Of a stretch of 64,000 bases of DNA, positions 60,517 through 64,000 are shown in pieces. The stretch lies in assembly GCA_045568995.1 (NCBI GenBank), contig JBJKZY010000045.1, positions 4,281 through 68,280 of the forward strand, read 5' to 3'. The notes beneath the pieces were generated by a model. It searched no databases and was not told the origin of the DNA. It saw only the letters and a program-made list of their open reading frames with translations. Position 1 is the first letter of the stretch. Every line of letters starts with the position of its first letter. The position numbers were made by a program, and so were the translations under genes. Source of the stretch: Fidelibacterota bacterium. Its GTDB lineage: Bacteria > Fidelibacterota > Marinisomatia > Marinisomatales > UBA1611.

Positions 60517-62898
60517 TTGATATTTAGGTATACCATCTATTTTGTGGTGTTTTGCGTCACCTTGCTATCTGGTGCAAGGCTTAAAGATGTTAGTTATAGC
60601 ATTAAACAGAATGGAGTAATGATTAATATAGACTATGATATCCCAATTGATGATGATGAAATTATTGGGTGGAAATCGGATCGTGGTTGGGTATATCTTA
60701 CTTTATTAGGTGTTAGGGCACCCCAAAATAAATCTACAAACAGAAATTTTAATGGCGTCGTAAAAAAAATAGTAATTGATGATTTTGACGAGTCAACACA
60801 GCTTGCAATTCTTATCAATAAGCCTATTCTTGGTTATGATATTATTAATTCAAAAGGTGCACCTGGAACAATTGTTTTTATTCATACAGAAATGAAAAAA
60901 TCTGAAGTTGCTTATTTAAAGGAATATATAGAAAAAGAAGGCACCTCTGTATTTAATAGATCAAAGTCTTCAGGTTTTCCTAAATATAATACAAATTTTA
61001 AAAATGCATTTGATCAGGCAAGAAAAGAGCTAGGACCAAATGCTATATTTGAATTTCATGGCAACCTCTATACAACAAACCATCCTGGCGAGAAAGGAGA
61101 AACTTCTAGCTCGATTCTTAATAATAATATTATGTCATTGAATAAAGAGATTAACCTTAAGGAAAACATTGATCTGTATGATAATCAAATTAAAGAAGTA
61201 TATGTTGATAGTTCTTCAGGAGATATAATTACAGAATTAATTATTGATACTCTAACAAATGAGCTTAATAAAAATGAGGGTATTTATTTAAAAGATAGGG
61301 GTGATCCATTGTTAGGTGATTTAGATCAAGATGATGATGGTTGGTTTAGTGGAATTTTTCCTTCTTATAAGAAAAAAAAATCTCCCTTTAAGAAAAACAT
61401 AGATGATAAGGATAAAATTATAATAAAAAACAATGAGCCTATATTAGTTGAACGACCAATTGTTAAAAAGAAACTTGAATTTTGGAAGAAATTATTTCCA
61501 GTTTTGAAACCTAAGGATTTTTCAGAGAAAAATTCTGAGGGGGATAAAGTTTTAAAACCTAAAATTGAAAAAACAGATTTTGCAAAACTTCAAAATAAAT
61601 TTGTTCCATCCAAAATTGAAAATAAGCAGATGAAGCTTACAGATGAAGAATATACAGTTTTATCTCAAACTCAGTTATCAGACACAAATAATGTTGTTAT
61701 TGAAATACCTTTAGATAATCTTAAATCAGATTCTGATTATAGTAAAAATAAATATCTACAGAAAAAATATATTCCTTCCCCAAAAGAGAATTTAATTAGT
61801 GATACTTTGAGTTCTATTTATTTTTCAGGATCCTCAACTCAATCTCCTGATACAAACGTAGTTGAGGCATGGTTCACCAATGAAAATATTATTTCAAATG
61901 AATATGATTCTCAGCATTTACAGAAAAAATATATTCCTTCCCAAAAAGAGAACTTAATTAGTGATACTTTGAGTTCTATTTATTTTTCAGGATCCTCAAC
62001 TCAATCTCCTGATACAAACGTAGTTGAGGCATGGTTCACCAATGAAAATATTATTTCAAATGAATATGACCCTAGATACTTGCAGCAGCAGCATGTTCCT
62101 CTTGGCGCAAATAGTGAAAACCTTGAAACAGCATCTGATATTAGTATTTCAGAAGCTGATCCTCAAATTCCAGAGTTTACCGCACCATTTATTTTAGATG
62201 ATCGATATAAAACACAATATAAAAATAAAACAAAAAGAAATAAGCCTAAGCGAATAGTAGAAGCACCATTTGAGCCGAACAAAAAAGAAGAGAACACCTG
62301 GCTTAGTTTCTTCCCATCTCAGTCAGACTCAATTAAAAAAACATTGAATTGGAATTATAAAAAAGAAAAAGACATTCCAAAGTTTTTAAAGCGTGAAGCA
62401 GAAAGTTTAGACTATTCTTCTGTTGAGAACAAAGATTATAGCTGGCGAATTCAATTGCCAAACAAAAGACCTAAATCATTTCCTCCTAGATATTCAGATC
62501 CAGGTTTTAGGTATTATAGGCAAGGAGGAATTACGGTGGAAGCAAATTTGGATGGCGTGCCAATATATGTAGATGGAAAATATGTGGGAGATACGCCTCT
62601 TAATAGGCCGATTGAAGTGGAGCCGGGATGGCACCAGGTGAGTGGGTTTTCACCAGTTTATACCCGGCTTGCATCTCAAAAAGGATTGCAATTTGTGGGA
62701 TATGATTCAATTGTTCAAAATAATGAAATGTATGGTTCAACCACTGTTTATGCGGAACCTGGGAAATTAGAAACTGTTTCATTAAAATTTAATCAAATGG
62801 GTGATAAACCTAAAAAAATGAGGGAAATTGAAGTTGGTATGTCAATGGGTATCCCGATGTTTACATTGCTCATAAGCATTATTACTTGGGCTATGTAA
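60517..62898 (+). CDS. Secreted, C-terminally anchored protein with an AMIN-like N-terminus, long linker and PEGA domain
   Basis: Signal peptide; GGITVEAN..G..IYVDGKYVGDTPL...VEPGWH.V (PEGA); C-terminal hydrophobic tail. Confidence 0.7.
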   Translation: MIFRYTIYFVVFCVTLLSGARLKDVSYSIKQNGVMINIDYDIPIDDDEIIGWKSDRGWVYLTLLGVRAPQNKSTNRNFNGVVKKIVIDDFDESTQLAILINKPILGYDIINSKGAPGTIVFIHTEMKKSEVAYLKEYIEKEGTSVFNRSKSSGFPKYNTNFKNAFDQARKELGPNAIFEFHGNLYTTNHPGEKGETSSSILNNNIMSLNKEINLKENIDLYDNQIKEVYVDSSSGDIITELIIDTLTNELNKNEGIYLKDRGDPLLGDLDQDDDGWFSGIFPSYKKKKSPFKKNIDDKDKIIIKNNEPILVERPIVKKKLEFWKKLFPVLKPKDFSEKNSEGDKVLKPKIEKTDFAKLQNKFVPSKIENKQMKLTDEEYTVLSQTQLSDTNNVVIEIPLDNLKSDSDYSKNKYLQKKYIPSPKENLISDTLSSIYFSGSSTQSPDTNVVEAWFTNENIISNEYDSQHLQKKYIPSQKENLISDTLSSIYFSGSSTQSPDTNVVEAWFTNENIISNEYDPRYLQQQHVPLGANSENLETASDISISEADPQIPEFTAPFILDDRYKTQYKNKTKRNKPKRIVEAPFEPNKKEENTWLSFFPSQSDSIKKTLNWNYKKEKDIPKFLKREAESLDYSSVENKDYSWRIQLPNKRPKSFPPRYSDPGFRYYRQGGITVEANLDGVPIYVDGKYVGDTPLNRPIEVEPGWHQVSGFSPVYTRLASQKGLQFVGYDSIVQNNEMYGSTTVYAEPGKLETVSLKFNQMGDKPKKMREIEVGMSMGIPMFTLLISIITWAM
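61757..62069 (+). repeat. Intragenic tandem duplication, 162-bp period
   Basis: 61757-61907 and 61919-62069 match except for 2 substitutions that I could see; encodes QKKYIPS..ENLISDTLSSIYFSGSSTQSPDTNVVEAWFTNENIISNEYD twice. Confidence 0.92.
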
Positions 62899-62915
62899 GG
62901 AATATAAAGAATAGC

Positions 62916-64000
62916 ATGGATCTTAAAAGGGAAGTAAAGAATGTTGTTTTATCAAGTCTCAAAGAGTCTTTTGATATCAAAGTTGGAATTGAAATTGAAA
63001 ACATAATCTATAATGATAAAAATGAAAGGATAATGGTGAACCCTCACAATTCTATTTCTGCAACAGAGCTACTTCAGCTTTTAAAAAATGGAAAAAGTGT
63101 TTCTGAAAACTATTCTTTAGAACCAGGAGGACAGTTAGAATGGGCAAGTACTCCTTATAAGGATTTAAATGATTTAGAAGATTCAATTATAGCAAATAGA
63201 AAATTGTTAAATGAGGTTTTGGAAACAAAAAAACTTAAAGTGATGCCTTTTGGATTGGATCCTAATTTTAGTCCAATGGATATAGAGCTTATTGATCAGA
63301 AAAGATATAGTTTTATGGATGAAAAAATGGCAAAGTCAGGTTCAATGGGTCAGTGGATGATGCGATGTACTTCGAGCGTTCAGGTCAACTTTGATGCTTC
63401 AAGTAAGAATGATATGGAAGAAATAGTTTTTGTTGCTGACTGTTTACATCCAATTGCATCATATTTATTTTCCAATAGTCCTTTTAAGAATAAAAAACCT
63501 GCATATGAAAAAAACTTAAGAAATATTATATGGGCAAACACTGATAACTTTCGATGTAATAATTTATTTGATCAAGGTATTTATTTAAAAACTGACCTAA
63601 TAGATAAATACATTAATTTTTTTTTGAGTGTTCCCGCTATATTTTCATTAGATCGTAAAGGAATAGCCATTCAGACAAAAAGCACCATTGGCGAGTTGTT
63701 ATTGGAAAAAAATGACAATGGATCTTTAAATAAAAATCATATTTTAAGTTTTCTACGTCAAATTTTTACAAATGTTCGAATAAAAAACTTAGTAGAGATC
63801 AGAGGAGCTGATCGACCCCCAGAAGGTTTCGAAATCGCCCCAGCTGCTTTTTGGACAGGATTGTTAATGGATAAGTCAGTCCGTGAAAACATTTTAGCTA
63901 CTGTTTCTTCATGGGAAAGAAAAGACCGAGTTCTTTTGAATGATGCGAGTTTTGCATTAAACACAAGTCAAATGGGTCCAAGCAATAAAACATATGGTTA
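62916..64000 (+). CDS. Glutamate--cysteine ligase, GCS2 (plant/EgtA-like) family; runs off the window edge
   Basis: Manual translation from ATG at 62916: VGIEIE, SLEPGGQLEWAS, MMRCTSSVQVNFD, FSNSPF, FTNVRIKNLVEIRGAD. Confidence 0.88.
   Translation, partial: MDLKREVKNVVLSSLKESFDIKVGIEIENIIYNDKNERIMVNPHNSISATELLQLLKNGKSVSENYSLEPGGQLEWASTPYKDLNDLEDSIIANRKLLNEVLETKKLKVMPFGLDPNFSPMDIELIDQKRYSFMDEKMAKSGSMGQWMMRCTSSVQVNFDASSKNDMEEIVFVADCLHPIASYLFSNSPFKNKKPAYEKNLRNIIWANTDNFRCNNLFDQGIYLKTDLIDKYINFFLSVPAIFSLDRKGIAIQTKSTIGELLLEKNDNGSLNKNHILSFLRQIFTNVRIKNLVEIRGADRPPEGFEIAPAAFWTGLLMDKSVRENILATVSSWERKDRVLLNDASFALNTSQMGPSNKTYG

Noticed and set aside
61757-62069. Direct repeat considered as CRISPR or mobile-element ends
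   Set aside because: Two in-frame intragenic copies of about 150 bp, with no spacers, cas genes or transposase.

Overview
AT-rich bacterial chromosomal window spanning the probable replication origin (mnmG-mnmE-yidC-yidD-rpmH <> dnaA-ssb). The gene content (C-terminal FlgD/T9SS-like tails, MORN-variant proteins, PEGA protein) suggests a marine FCB-superphylum organism such as Ca. Marinimicrobia; this is an inference only. I found no rRNA, tRNA, CRISPR array or intact mobile element. Two loci stand out. (1) 45.2-52.5 kb: a self-contained six-gene operon with a near-consensus sigma70 promoter and a terminator. It encodes a flagellum-derived stator and rotor (MotA/PomA, MotB/PomB, a FliF-like protein lacking the export-gate-housing RBM1/RBM2 rings, and a FliG lacking the FliM-binding EHPQ motif) plus two envelope proteins, with no other flagellar genes in the window. 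It is a candidate filament-less rotary motor. (2) 10.1-15.4 kb: an operon resembling the eukaryotic peroxisomal ether-lipid pathway (acyltransferase, alkyl-DHAP synthase, SDR reductase) plus a lipid O-methyltransferase and a divergent HMG-CoA reductase that may supply the alcohol. Also present: a decayed agmatinase, no rnpA or dnaN at their usual positions, DnaA boxes overlapping the dnaA start, a CI-like HTH-PAS regulator and several repeat-rich secreted proteins. All family assignments come from motif recognition by eye, not from database searches.
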